From contig JAYNII010000001.1 in the NCBI GenBank assembly GCA_038108875.1, forward strand, positions 101,450-165,003: a stretch of 63,554 nt of DNA, read 5' to 3'. Shown here piece after piece: positions 18,222 to 28,074 of the stretch. Both the position numbers and the translations under genes were made by a program. Numbering within the stretch: the first letter of the stretch is position 1; every line of letters begins with the position of its first letter. The notes beneath the pieces are model-generated. The model was given only the letters and a program-made list of their open reading frames with translations, did not search any database and was not told where the DNA came from. The stretch is from Gammaproteobacteria bacterium. GTDB lineage: Bacteria; Pseudomonadota; Gammaproteobacteria; Magnimaribacterales; D2472.

Positions 18222-20630
18222 ATGGCAAACCACAACTTATCAAATCTTGTTGCTCAACCTAGTCAGTTAGCAGAACTAGCTGGATTATCACTTTCAATTC
18301 AATCCATTGCAACAATACCCTTAACTGAAAAACTTGTTTCTCAAGCTTTTAAGGTTAAACAAGAGTTTTATGGAAATCTCATTTCTTACTCTCCTAAAGT
18401 TTTTATTCCCTTAACTTTTCTATGCAGAGATGTTTGTCATTATTGTACTTTTGCAAAGACACCAAAAAAAATTACTTCAGCCTATTTATCCAATGAAAAA
18501 ATCTTAGAAATTTGCAAGGTTGGAAGCGCTCAGGGATGTTACGAAGCTCTTTTTACTCTTGGAGAGAAACCAGAATTAAGATATAAGACCGCAAGGGATT
18601 TTCTAACTCAACAAAACTTATCCTCTACAGTTCAATACTTACACCAGCAAGCAAAACAAGTATTTGATGAGACTGGGTTTATACCCCATATTAATGCTGG
18701 AAATTTATCCATTGAAGAGCTAATTCAATTCAAGCAAATATCTGGATCCGTTGGTCTCATGGTCGAATCTTCTTCAGATCGATTAACTCAAAAAGGCATG
18801 CCTCACTACGGTTCTCCCGATAAGAAACCATCAGCTCGCATAGAGACTTTAATTAACGCAGGTATAGCTAAAATTCCATTTACAACTGGAGTATTAATAG
18901 GTATTGGTGAAACCAAAGAAGAACTAGTTAAGACTTTATTAGAGATAGTCAAAGTGCATAAAAGCTATAACCATATACAAGAAGTAATCATACAAAACTT
19001 TGTGCCTAAACCTCAAACTCTTATGTTTGACCACCCACCTGCATCCACTGAATACCTCATTTGGGCCATTGCTATTGCTCGATTAATTCTTCCTATTGAT
19101 ATTAGTATCCAGGTACCGCCCAACTTGAATAAGGAAATTCTGAGCAAACTAATACTATCCGGTATTAATGATTTTGGCGGAGTTTCGCCGGTTACTATAG
19201 ATCATGTCAATCCTGAATCTTCGTGGCCAAATATTAAGCGTCTTGAAGAGCTTTGTAATAGGTTTGATATGCATTTAGTATCAAGATTGACCATCTACCC
19301 AAAATATCTTTCTGAAGAATTCAATTCTTACCTATCAAAATCTGTTAGATCAAAAGCAATTAAATTAGTCGATGCAAGTGGTTTTTTAAGAGAGGATGAT
19401 TGGAGGGCTGGCGAATCTCAATTAGTTCCTTCATTTTATTCAACACCTAAGCGACTCACAAACATTAAAATTGCACTCGATAACCTAGATAAAAATAAGT
19501 CAATTAAAAACATTTCAGCTTTATTTCAGGCACGTGGCAGTGAGGTTAAATTCCTTGGTGAAGCTGCTTTAGAAATAAAACAAACCCTTTATGGTAATAA
19601 ATTAACTTTTGTTAATAACCGAAATATTAATTACACAAATATTTGTAAATACAGTTGTAATTTTTGTGCTTTTTCTAAAGGGAGAGGTCATGATGATTTG
19701 AGAGGAAAACCATACGATATAAGTTTTGAAGAAATTCAGAGAAGGGTTTTAGAGGCTGAAAGAAGAGGGGCAACCGAAGTATGTCTTCAAGGCGGCATTC
19801 ATCCAAAATATACTGGGGAAACTTATCTTAAGATTCTTGATTCCATCAGAGAAGTTTCACCGACCATCCATATTCATGCATTTTCTCCTTTGGAAATTAA
19901 ACAAGGAAGCCGAACTTTAAATATGTCAATTCAAGACTATTTAAATCTACTTAAAAAAAGAGGTTTAAATTCAATACCGGGCACCGCTGCTGAAATCTTA
20001 CATGACCCAGTTAGAAATATTATTTGTCCAGATAAACTTACCTCAGCTGAATGGATTGAGGTTATAACTTCAGCTCATTCTCTGGGAATTCCCACTACAT
20101 CAACTATCATGTTTGGCCATGTTGAGACTTATCATGATATCGCTATTCATCTACTAAAGATTTTGAATATCCAAGAACAATACCAAGGTTTCACTGAATT
20201 TGTGCCTCTTCCATTTGTTTCACAGGAAGCTCCAATTTTTAGACGAGGATCTGCAAGACCTGGACCATCCTTTAGAGAAACTTTTTTGATGCACAGCATT
20301 GCTCGTCTGCTATTTAAAGAAAAACTTCCAAACATTCAGGGATCTTGGGTCAAAGCGGGTATTGAAGGTTTAATGGAGCTAACAAAGAGTGGTATCAATG
20401 ACATTGGTGGTATCTTAATGAATGAATCGATAACACGTGCAGCAGGGTCTGTGCATGGTCAAGAATTAGATATAAGGCTAATTACCAATAGATTAATGGA
20501 CAAAGGAATTGAGTTAGAGCAAAGAAATACCTTATACGCAAAGCTAAGCAACAGTATTGATGCATTGGTTTTTAAGTTAGCAATCCCTCTACAAGATATA
20601 TCCAGCCAATCAGAGCGGGTCTCAAAATAA
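18222..20630 (+). CDS. fbiC: Bifunctional FO synthase (CofG-CofH fusion)
   Basis: Two radical-SAM motifs (CRDVCHYC, CKYSCNFC); VFIPLT, GGVSPVT.DHVNPE, PGTAAEIL, TSTIMFGH and LMNESITRAAG motifs. Confidence 0.95.
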   Translation: MANHNLSNLVAQPSQLAELAGLSLSIQSIATIPLTEKLVSQAFKVKQEFYGNLISYSPKVFIPLTFLCRDVCHYCTFAKTPKKITSAYLSNEKILEICKVGSAQGCYEALFTLGEKPELRYKTARDFLTQQNLSSTVQYLHQQAKQVFDETGFIPHINAGNLSIEELIQFKQISGSVGLMVESSSDRLTQKGMPHYGSPDKKPSARIETLINAGIAKIPFTTGVLIGIGETKEELVKTLLEIVKVHKSYNHIQEVIIQNFVPKPQTLMFDHPPASTEYLIWAIAIARLILPIDISIQVPPNLNKEILSKLILSGINDFGGVSPVTIDHVNPESSWPNIKRLEELCNRFDMHLVSRLTIYPKYLSEEFNSYLSKSVRSKAIKLVDASGFLREDDWRAGESQLVPSFYSTPKRLTNIKIALDNLDKNKSIKNISALFQARGSEVKFLGEAALEIKQTLYGNKLTFVNNRNINYTNICKYSCNFCAFSKGRGHDDLRGKPYDISFEEIQRRVLEAERRGATEVCLQGGIHPKYTGETYLKILDSIREVSPTIHIHAFSPLEIKQGSRTLNMSIQDYLNLLKKRGLNSIPGTAAEILHDPVRNIICPDKLTSAEWIEVITSAHSLGIPTTSTIMFGHVETYHDIAIHLLKILNIQEQYQGFTEFVPLPFVSQEAPIFRRGSARPGPSFRETFLMHSIARLLFKEKLPNIQGSWVKAGIEGLMELTKSGINDIGGILMNESITRAAGSVHGQELDIRLITNRLMDKGIELEQRNTLYAKLSNSIDALVFKLAIPLQDISSQSERVSK

Positions 20631-21509
20631 ATGCCATTGAGGGATTTGTTTACAATTGCTATCGGTTATTTAGCAGTCATTTTCATCATGTCTTATCTTT
20701 TTGGTTTTTTTCTAGGCTATCCGATTTTTATTAACTTGTTGTTTGTGGATACGATTGGAACAATTTGTATTTTTGGTTTGAGTTTATTTTGGAGAAATTC
20801 AAGCTGGTACGATGCCTATTGGTCAGTCATTCCACCAGTGCTATTGTTATTGCCTTATTTTCATGGTTTTGAAATCAGTTCTTCTTCTAGAATGTTTCTA
20901 ATCATTGTAGCCACTTTGTTTTGGGCTATAAGATTAACCTTTAACTGGGTTCGAAATTGGAGCGGGTTTTCACATGAAGATTGGCGTTACATTAGTATGA
21001 AAAGCTCACAAAAAACTAAGCTTGGCAAAGTTACTATTGATTTTTTAGGTATTCATTTAATTCCAACTCTATGTGTATTTATTGGCTTAATACCGGCTGT
21101 TAATGCTTTGTATGCAAGTGAAACTCAAATTAATCCTATTGATCTAATAGCATTTGGAATAATATTTATTGGAGTGATGTTACAAATCGCATCCGATCAA
21201 CAGATGTTCAATTTTAGACAAGACTCTAGTAATAAGGGTAAAACTATGCAGTCAGGATTTTGGTTTTATTCAAGACATCCAAATTATTTCGGTGAACTTA
21301 TGTTTTGGCTAGGATTGTGTATTTTTGGATTTGCATCTCAGGATTTTGAATATATAAACTTTTTAGGAATTATTGTAATGTATTTGTTAATTGCAGTGGG
21401 ATCTGTAAAAATGATGGACGATCGATCGCTTAAATCAAGGGCTGATTTTGCATCTTATGCAGATTCTACACCAAAGATATGGATGAATTTATTTAAAAAA
21501 AGGTTTTAA
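20631..21509 (+). CDS. DUF1295 / steroid 5-alpha-reductase-like membrane protein
   Basis: NSSWYDAYWS, EDWRY and SRHPNYFGE motifs; multiple TM helices. Confidence 0.85.
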   Translation: MPLRDLFTIAIGYLAVIFIMSYLFGFFLGYPIFINLLFVDTIGTICIFGLSLFWRNSSWYDAYWSVIPPVLLLLPYFHGFEISSSSRMFLIIVATLFWAIRLTFNWVRNWSGFSHEDWRYISMKSSQKTKLGKVTIDFLGIHLIPTLCVFIGLIPAVNALYASETQINPIDLIAFGIIFIGVMLQIASDQQMFNFRQDSSNKGKTMQSGFWFYSRHPNYFGELMFWLGLCIFGFASQDFEYINFLGIIVMYLLIAVGSVKMMDDRSLKSRADFASYADSTPKIWMNLFKKRF

Positions 21510-21511
21510 CG

Positions 21512-22801
21512 ATGAAAAAAATTTTACTAGCTCTTATAGCGATTTCTGGATTTTCTAGTGGCCAATCCTTATCCGAACAACTTGATAAAGATATTAACGG
21601 TTTGATGAGTAAAGTAATCGAGTGGCGTCACCATTTTCATCAATATCCAGAATTATCTAATCGAGAATTTAAAACATCCGAGTATATTAAAAATGTTTTA
21701 GAGGATTTAGGTCTAGAAGTTCAAAGCAATATTGCACGCACAGGCTTGGTTGCAATGATACGGGGATCACAACCCGGTCCTCTAATAGCTCTTCGCGCTG
21801 ATATAGATGGTCTGCCTGTAACTGAAGAACTAGGTTTGCCATTTTCCTCAAAGGAAAGAACAACTTATCAGGGAAATGAAGTGGGTGTTATGCATGCATG
21901 TGGACACGATGCTCATATAGCAATCCTTCTAGGGGTTGCTGAATACTTGGTTAAGAATACCGATAAAATAAAGGGCGACATCATGTTAATCTTTCAACCT
22001 GCTGAGGAAGGCGCTCCAGAAGGAGAAGAGGGCGGAGCCTTTTTAATGCTTAAAGAAGGAATCTTTAATTTAGAGAAACCCGATGCCATTTTTGGTCTTC
22101 ACGTTACCAACGGTAAACATGGCTCAATATTTTTAAAACCTGGGCCAACCATGGCATCTGCTGAAGCTTTTAGAATTACTGTAGAAGGTAAGCAAACTCA
22201 CGGTTCTAGACCGTGGGCAGGGGTCGACCCTGTAGTTGCAGCTTTCAATATTGGTACTACCATGCAGACCATAGTCTCGAGGAGGTTAAATATCCTTGAT
22301 AGTCAGGCTGTAGTTTCGATTGGTATGGTAAAAGGGGGTACTCGTAACAATATCATCCCTCAACAAGTAGTATTAGAAGGAACTATCAGAACTTTTGAGA
22401 AAAGTTACTTGGATCAGATTCACAAAGAAATCAAAACAATAGCGACTAACATTGCAGAGGCTCATAATGCAACAGCAAAAGTTGAACTAGCCATTTACGG
22501 TAATTACCCAGTCACTTTTAACGATTTAAATCTTTCATCTCAACTTGAATCTTCACTGATCAAAGCCAGTGATAATAACTATATGAGAATGAATGTTCCA
22601 AGAACTGGAGCTGAAGATTTTTCATTCTTTGCTCAAGAGGTACCAGGTCTATATTTCTTTTTAGGAGTGAATCCTGAAAATCAAGAATCTAGTTTTACTA
22701 ATCACTCTCCGAGGTTTTATGTAGATGATGATGCTCTTGATACAGGAGTAAAGGCCTTTATCCAGTTAGTTGAAGATTTTAGCGAAAACTTTAATCAATA
22801 G
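21512..22801 (+). CDS. M20 amidohydrolase with signal peptide
   Basis: HQYPELS, RADIDGLP, MHACGHD, FQPAEEG, AEDF and HSP motifs. Confidence 0.9.
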   Translation: MKKILLALIAISGFSSGQSLSEQLDKDINGLMSKVIEWRHHFHQYPELSNREFKTSEYIKNVLEDLGLEVQSNIARTGLVAMIRGSQPGPLIALRADIDGLPVTEELGLPFSSKERTTYQGNEVGVMHACGHDAHIAILLGVAEYLVKNTDKIKGDIMLIFQPAEEGAPEGEEGGAFLMLKEGIFNLEKPDAIFGLHVTNGKHGSIFLKPGPTMASAEAFRITVEGKQTHGSRPWAGVDPVVAAFNIGTTMQTIVSRRLNILDSQAVVSIGMVKGGTRNNIIPQQVVLEGTIRTFEKSYLDQIHKEIKTIATNIAEAHNATAKVELAIYGNYPVTFNDLNLSSQLESSLIKASDNNYMRMNVPRTGAEDFSFFAQEVPGLYFFLGVNPENQESSFTNHSPRFYVDDDALDTGVKAFIQLVEDFSENFNQ

Positions 22802-23924
22802 TTGGAAGCATTTTATTAAGATTGTCTACAACATCTAAATACTCGTGTACTAACCTAGAGATAACATTTTTGGTTGATTCAATTTCGTTAAGCTGTCCAA
22901 TAACTTGACCTGCTGCGTTAAAGGAAACTTCCTGCGCTTTACCTTTATCGGCATATATTGAAGTTCTTCTAATGGCATCATAGGTAATCATGCCCTGTAA
23001 AGGCATGGGCAATGGTTTAGGATTGGCAGGGTTTTCCCAGGCATCTGTCCATGCATTTCTTAGCATGCGGGCAGGTTTTCCAGTCCATGATTTGCTTCTG
23101 ATAGTATCTTCGCTGGTAGCATTTAAATAAGATTTTTTTTGTGCAGGTTGAGTAAAAGCTTCTTCAACTGTTAACCATAAAGAACCAGTCCAAACTCCTT
23201 GAGCTCCCATTGCAAGCGCAGCAGCCATTTGCCTTCCGTTACCAATTCCCCCAGCAGCTAGAACTGGAAGATCTCCAACAGCATCTATTATCTGAGGCCA
23301 TAAAACTATGCTACCAATTTCACCAGTATGACCTCCGCCTTCACTCCCTTGAGCAACTATGAAATCTAGACCTGCTCTTTTATGTGCCAAAGCTTGTTTA
23401 ATTTTTCCACAGAGCGCTCCAATTAACACACCTTGTGATTTAACTTCCTTTATTACTTCCTTCGGAGGTGTTCCTAAAGCATTTGCAAAGAGTTTCACAT
23501 TTTTTCGTTTGAGAGCTTCCTCAACTTGAGGCTCAGCGGTTGCCTGAGTCCAACCTAACAGACCTCCTTTGGGACCATTGCTATTTTCAGCAATTGGAAC
23601 ACCATGATCAGATAATAATTTTTCAACGAATGCTCTATGCTCTTTCGGAATAGCTTTTTCTAAGCTCTCTAAAAGCTTCTGTGGATCAAGTTCATCCATA
23701 CCCTCATATTTTTGAGGTATAACAGTATCTACCCCGTATGGTCTGTCTCCTATATGAGCATCAATCCAATCAAGCTCCTCTTGAAGTTGTTCCAGCGAAA
23801 ATCCTACAGCGCCTAACACACCAATACCTCCAGCTTTGCTAACAGCAACAACTACGTCTCTGCAATGAGTGAAGGCAAAGATTGGGTATTCAATTCCCAG
23901 TTTTTTACATATTTCAGTTTGCAT
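22791..23924 (-). CDS. Nitronate monooxygenase/FabK-like flavoprotein (Rv1894c-like)
   Basis: Start moved to ATG 23924 (MQTEICKKLGIEYPIFAFTHCRDVV); AQGSEGGGH and AAGGIG motifs. Confidence 0.85.
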   Translation of the reverse strand: MQTEICKKLGIEYPIFAFTHCRDVVVAVSKAGGIGVLGAVGFSLEQLQEELDWIDAHIGDRPYGVDTVIPQKYEGMDELDPQKLLESLEKAIPKEHRAFVEKLLSDHGVPIAENSNGPKGGLLGWTQATAEPQVEEALKRKNVKLFANALGTPPKEVIKEVKSQGVLIGALCGKIKQALAHKRAGLDFIVAQGSEGGGHTGEIGSIVLWPQIIDAVGDLPVLAAGGIGNGRQMAAALAMGAQGVWTGSLWLTVEEAFTQPAQKKSYLNATSEDTIRSKSWTGKPARMLRNAWTDAWENPANPKPLPMPLQGMITYDAIRRTSIYADKGKAQEVSFNAAGQVIGQLNEIESTKNVISRLVHEYLDVVDNLNKMLPTID

Positions 23925-23982
23925 AATAAGGGTTATATAATCTAGATAATTCGAATTATAAAAAAATATAGGAAATACTACC

Positions 23983-25701
23983 ATGAATAAAAATTGGGAC
24001 TATGAGTATGATGTTGTTGTAGTGGGTTCTGGTAATGGTGCTCTTACAGCTGCACTGTGCTCCCATGATGGAGGAGCAAAAGTTTTAGTCATAGAGAAAA
24101 GCGCTCAATTGGGAGGAACTAGTGCGTCCTCAGGTGGAGGTGTATGGATTCCAAATAACAGATATGCAATTGCTGCTAATGCAGATGATAGTATACAAGA
24201 AGCAAGGGATTACATATCTAGCGTTTCCCCTGAAGGGAAAATAAATCCTGAACTTATTGAGACCTATATTCAAGAAGGTCCAAAAATGATTGATTACTTG
24301 CACAATAATTCAAGAGTAAAGTACTTAAATCTTCCTCATTATCCAGATTATTTTCCTGACAACCCAGGAGGCAAGGCTGGAAATAGATCTATGGAACCAG
24401 AGCCTGTTTTTGGAACTGAGCTTAAAGATGACCTAAGGCTCTTGAGAGATCAGCACCCACAAACTACATTTAGAATGGGTCCTATTACGATGAACTTTAC
24501 TCAAGTTGAGGGGCAACTCTTATTAGGAGCATTACCAGGATGGAAAAAATTATTTGCAAAACTTTTTTCCAAATATATTTTAGATATTCCCATGCGATGG
24601 AAATGGGGTTGGAAAGATAGAAGACTAACTATGGGTAATGCAGGGGTTGCAAGACTTTTACTTTCTCTTAAAGACAGAAATATTGCCATTTGGTGCAATA
24701 CTGCGTTCACTGATCTTATAACTAATGCTAAAAAAGAAGTAATTGGTATTAATGCATTGAAAGAGGGAAAGTCTATTTCAATAAAAGCACATAAAGCGGT
24801 TATTTTAGCATCTGGAGGGTTTGAAAAAGATCAAGCCCTAAGAGAAAAATATCTTCCAAAGCCTACAGATGCTTCTTGGAGTGCTGCTAATTCTTATAAT
24901 ACCGGTGACGCACTTAAAGCTGCTTTGAAACTTGGAGCACAAACGCATCAAATGGATTGGGGCTGGTGGTCAACTACAATGAAAGTTCCTGGAGTTGAAA
25001 AGGGCTGGTTATCAATGGTGGATAAGTCCATGCCTGGAAACTATACAGTTAACAAAAACGGCGAGAGATTTTCTAACGAATCCCAAAATTATGTCAGTTT
25101 TGTAAATGATATGTTTAGCGAATATTCAGCTGGGAATCCTTGTGCACCATGCTATATGATTTTTGATAGTAATTTTAGACAGAATAGGCCATGTGGGCCT
25201 TTATTACAGGCGAGCATGCAACCTGATAGTAGAGTCCCCAAAGAGTGGTGGACTCCATCTTTCTTAACTAAAGCAGAAACCCTAGAAGAGCTTGCAATCA
25301 AAGTTGGAATTAATGCTGAAGGTTTATTAGCCACACAGAAAAAAGTTAATGAATATTCAATAACTGGTATCGATCCAGATTTTAAAAGAGGCGACACTGT
25401 CTATGACAGATATTATGGGGACCCAACTGTAACTCCAAATCCCTGTTTAGCTCCTCTTCAAAAAGCTCCATTTTATTGTATGGTTTTGTATCCAGGAGAA
25501 ATGGGAACAGCAGGAGGTCTGGTTATTGATTCCAAAGCCAGAGTTCTTGATCAAGAATCTCAACCCATAAAGAATTTATATGCTTGTGGAAATTGCACAA
25601 CAGCATTGCTTCCAAAATATCCTGGTCCTGGATCGACATTAGGTCCTGCGATGACTTTTGGATATCTTGCAGCAAGAGATATAACTGGAGCTAACTTTTG
25701 A
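23983..25701 (+). CDS. kstD: 3-ketosteroid Delta1-dehydrogenase
   Basis: FAD motif VVGSG, GGTSA.SGGG.WIPNN; conserved tyrosine contexts YPDY, NE...Y and YPGPGSTLGPAMTFGY; adjacent KSI. Confidence 0.85.
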   Translation: MNKNWDYEYDVVVVGSGNGALTAALCSHDGGAKVLVIEKSAQLGGTSASSGGGVWIPNNRYAIAANADDSIQEARDYISSVSPEGKINPELIETYIQEGPKMIDYLHNNSRVKYLNLPHYPDYFPDNPGGKAGNRSMEPEPVFGTELKDDLRLLRDQHPQTTFRMGPITMNFTQVEGQLLLGALPGWKKLFAKLFSKYILDIPMRWKWGWKDRRLTMGNAGVARLLLSLKDRNIAIWCNTAFTDLITNAKKEVIGINALKEGKSISIKAHKAVILASGGFEKDQALREKYLPKPTDASWSAANSYNTGDALKAALKLGAQTHQMDWGWWSTTMKVPGVEKGWLSMVDKSMPGNYTVNKNGERFSNESQNYVSFVNDMFSEYSAGNPCAPCYMIFDSNFRQNRPCGPLLQASMQPDSRVPKEWWTPSFLTKAETLEELAIKVGINAEGLLATQKKVNEYSITGIDPDFKRGDTVYDRYYGDPTVTPNPCLAPLQKAPFYCMVLYPGEMGTAGGLVIDSKARVLDQESQPIKNLYACGNCTTALLPKYPGPGSTLGPAMTFGYLAARDITGANF

Positions 25702-26453
25702 ATTCACTAAAAAATAAAATAGCAGTTATTTCAGGATCAGGGCAGGGTGTCGGTGAAGGAATAGCCTTAGCACTTGCTTCCTACGGCGTGAAAGTAGCCC
25801 TCCTGGGCAGAACTTTTGCAAAAGTCGAGCAAGTTGCAATGAATATTAAGGAAAATGGTGGAAATGCTTTGCCTGTTGAATGTGATGTTAAAAATTTAAA
25901 CAGTATTACTGAAGCAGTTGATAAAGTAATTGCTGAATATGGGACTATAAATATTCTTGTTAACAATGCTCAGGAAGTTCCCCTTGGTTCGATTTTGGAT
26001 GTTACTGATGAAGCAGCTGAAAATGGTTGGAAATCAGGGCCCTTAGCATCTTTAAGATTTATGAGAACTTGTTATAAATATTTAAAAGGAAATGGCTCTG
26101 TTATTAATTTAGCGAGCTCGTCAGCCTTGAGACCGGATTCTGCTGGTTATGGCGTTTATGCTGCAGTTAAAGAAGCTATTAGATCTATTACCAGAACTGC
26201 TGCTGTTGAATGGGGTCCTGATAATATCAGGGTAAATGCAATCATGCCTCTTGCTATGTCCAAAGGTATGGAATGGTGGATGAAAGAGAGACCAGATGAA
26301 GCCAATGAATTTTTGAGAACTATACCTTTAGGTAGAGTTGGAGACTGTAAAGATGATATTGGGATGGCTGTTTGTAAACTTCTAACAGACGATATGAGCT
26401 ATATTACAGGAAGTACCATCATGCTTGATGGTGGACAAGCATTTTTAGGATAA
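25698..26453 (+). CDS. Short-chain dehydrogenase, possible hydroxysteroid dehydrogenase
   Basis: SGSGQGVG, NNA and YAAVK motifs; TTGA overlap with kstD. Confidence 0.85.
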   Translation: MNSLKNKIAVISGSGQGVGEGIALALASYGVKVALLGRTFAKVEQVAMNIKENGGNALPVECDVKNLNSITEAVDKVIAEYGTINILVNNAQEVPLGSILDVTDEAAENGWKSGPLASLRFMRTCYKYLKGNGSVINLASSSALRPDSAGYGVYAAVKEAIRSITRTAAVEWGPDNIRVNAIMPLAMSKGMEWWMKERPDEANEFLRTIPLGRVGDCKDDIGMAVCKLLTDDMSYITGSTIMLDGGQAFLG

Positions 26454-26455
26454 TT

Positions 26456-26941
26456 ATGGACACGCTGGAAAAACTATTTGCCATTGAAGAAATCAAACAA
26501 CTTAAACACAGATATTTTAGAGCTATAGATATGGCTGATTTTGATTTGTTAGATGAAATTTTTCATCCTGATATAAAAGTAGACTACAGAGGCGGAACTT
26601 ATAGATGGGAACAATCAGGCAAAGAAGCTATAATTAAAGCTCTAAAATATTCATTCCACAGTCAAGCCGCAGCTATGCACACTGGTCATCACCCTGAAAT
26701 ATCGATCGATTCCTCAATAACAGCGTCAGGCAAGTGGTACCTTCATGATATTTTTTTTAATTTTAATGAAAAAATTGTTACTCAGGGGACTGCGCTCTAT
26801 GAAGATGAGTATATGCACGATGGGGTCTCTTGGAAAATTATTTCTTCTCAATACGACAGAATTGTAGAGTCTATATCACCTATTGATGAAAATATGAAAT
26901 TTACAAAATTCATGCTTAAAGATAAAGGAATAAAGTTATAA
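26456..26941 (+). CDS. SnoaL/NTF2 protein, BaiE (bile-acid 7alpha-dehydratase)-like
   Basis: IEEIKQLKHRYFRAID, HTGHHPEI, ASGKWYL and YEDEY...W.I motifs. Confidence 0.78.
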   Translation: MDTLEKLFAIEEIKQLKHRYFRAIDMADFDLLDEIFHPDIKVDYRGGTYRWEQSGKEAIIKALKYSFHSQAAAMHTGHHPEISIDSSITASGKWYLHDIFFNFNEKIVTQGTALYEDEYMHDGVSWKIISSQYDRIVESISPIDENMKFTKFMLKDKGIKL

Positions 26942-26942
26942 C

Positions 26943-27314
26943 ATGAAAGATGTGTTACAGGTTATGCAAAGCTATGTAAAGGCTTACAGAGATAATGATA
27001 AAAACTTATTCTTAAATCTTTGGGATGAAAATGCAATTTTTGAGGATCCTGTAGGTACAGAGCCAATGGTAGGAATAACTAAAATCTCAGATTTTTGGGA
27101 TTTTGGTCATACAGGTTTTTCTATTATGCCAGTAGGTGAGTCATTCCTTGTATGCGGTGAAGAGGGGATATTGCAGGCTCTTATGCAAGTTAGGAATCTT
27201 GATGATGCTTCAGGTATGGATATAAAAATTGTTGATCACTTTCAAGTAACAATTGAGAACAAAATAAAACACCTTAGAGCTTTTTGGGATCAGTCCTCAA
27301 TTACCTCTGCTTAA
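26943..27314 (+). CDS. ksi: Ketosteroid (Delta5-3-ketosteroid) isomerase-like NTF2 protein
   Basis: Catalytic-type Tyr (SYVKAY), Asp in FEDPVG, Asp in IVDHF; C-terminal LRAFW. Confidence 0.75.
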   Translation: MKDVLQVMQSYVKAYRDNDKNLFLNLWDENAIFEDPVGTEPMVGITKISDFWDFGHTGFSIMPVGESFLVCGEEGILQALMQVRNLDDASGMDIKIVDHFQVTIENKIKHLRAFWDQSSITSA

Positions 27315-27320
27315 GTATTA

Positions 27321-28070
27321 ATGAATTTAAGCATCAATTTAAATAAAATCTCTTTACTCAGAAATTCTAGAGGCGGTGATTATCCATCAGTGTCAGAATT
27401 TGCAGAGCTTCTCCTAGATCTTGGGGTTGATGGAATTACCCTTCATCCCCGTCCCGATTTAAGACATGCAACTCCTTCAGATTGCATCCTCATAAGAAAT
27501 ATTTGTCACAAGAGAGGAAAAGAATTTAATATGGAGGGCAACCCATATTGCTATGAAAATAAAGTCTATCCAGGATTTATTAAGTTAGTTGATTCTGTAA
27601 AGCCAACTCAAACAACATTAGTTCCAGATGATGAGTATCAAATTACTTCTGACCATGGTTACTCTGTTGATCAACTTACAAGTTCCTTGGAAGAAATAAT
27701 TCATCGCCTAAAGCTATCAACCAAAAGAATAAGCTTATTTATTGATGCAGGATTTGAAGAGTTTGAGCTCATTAAACACAAAAGTGTTGATTGTGTAGAG
27801 ATTTATACAGGACCATTTGCAAATGCAGTAATTTCTAAAAATGATCTTTCTATTGAAAACGAGCTTTTTAAAATAAAGAAAACCTATTTGGCAGCAAAAT
27901 TGTATGATTTACGTGTGCATATTGGTCATGATCTGAATCTAGATAACCTTAAAATAGTAAAGCAAGTTGGAGATTTTGATGAGGCTTCCATTGGGCATGC
28001 ATTTGTAGTAGATTGCATCCGTTATGGCATTGAGGGCGCTACAGAAAAATACTTAAAGGAGATAAAATAA
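27321..28070 (+). CDS. pdxJ: Pyridoxine 5'-phosphate synthase
   Basis: LRNSRG, GITLHPRPDLRH, NMEG, TLVPD, TSDHG, EIYTG, GHDLN and SIGHA motifs. Confidence 0.92.
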   Translation: MNLSINLNKISLLRNSRGGDYPSVSEFAELLLDLGVDGITLHPRPDLRHATPSDCILIRNICHKRGKEFNMEGNPYCYENKVYPGFIKLVDSVKPTQTTLVPDDEYQITSDHGYSVDQLTSSLEEIIHRLKLSTKRISLFIDAGFEEFELIKHKSVDCVEIYTGPFANAVISKNDLSIENELFKIKKTYLAAKLYDLRVHIGHDLNLDNLKIVKQVGDFDEASIGHAFVVDCIRYGIEGATEKYLKEIK

Positions 28071-28074
28071 GACC

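Noticed and set aside
22791-23924. Calling the NMO-family gene ipdC
   Set aside because: The N-terminus (PIFAFTHCRDVV) recalls the Rv1894c-type subfamily rather than IpdC; this cannot be resolved without a search.
3488-27314. tRNA-Arg as integration site of a steroid/F420 genomic island
   Set aside because: The cluster lies on the 5' side of the tRNA. No integrase, duplicated tRNA 3' end or visible compositional shift was noticed, and the right end fuses into housekeeping genes.
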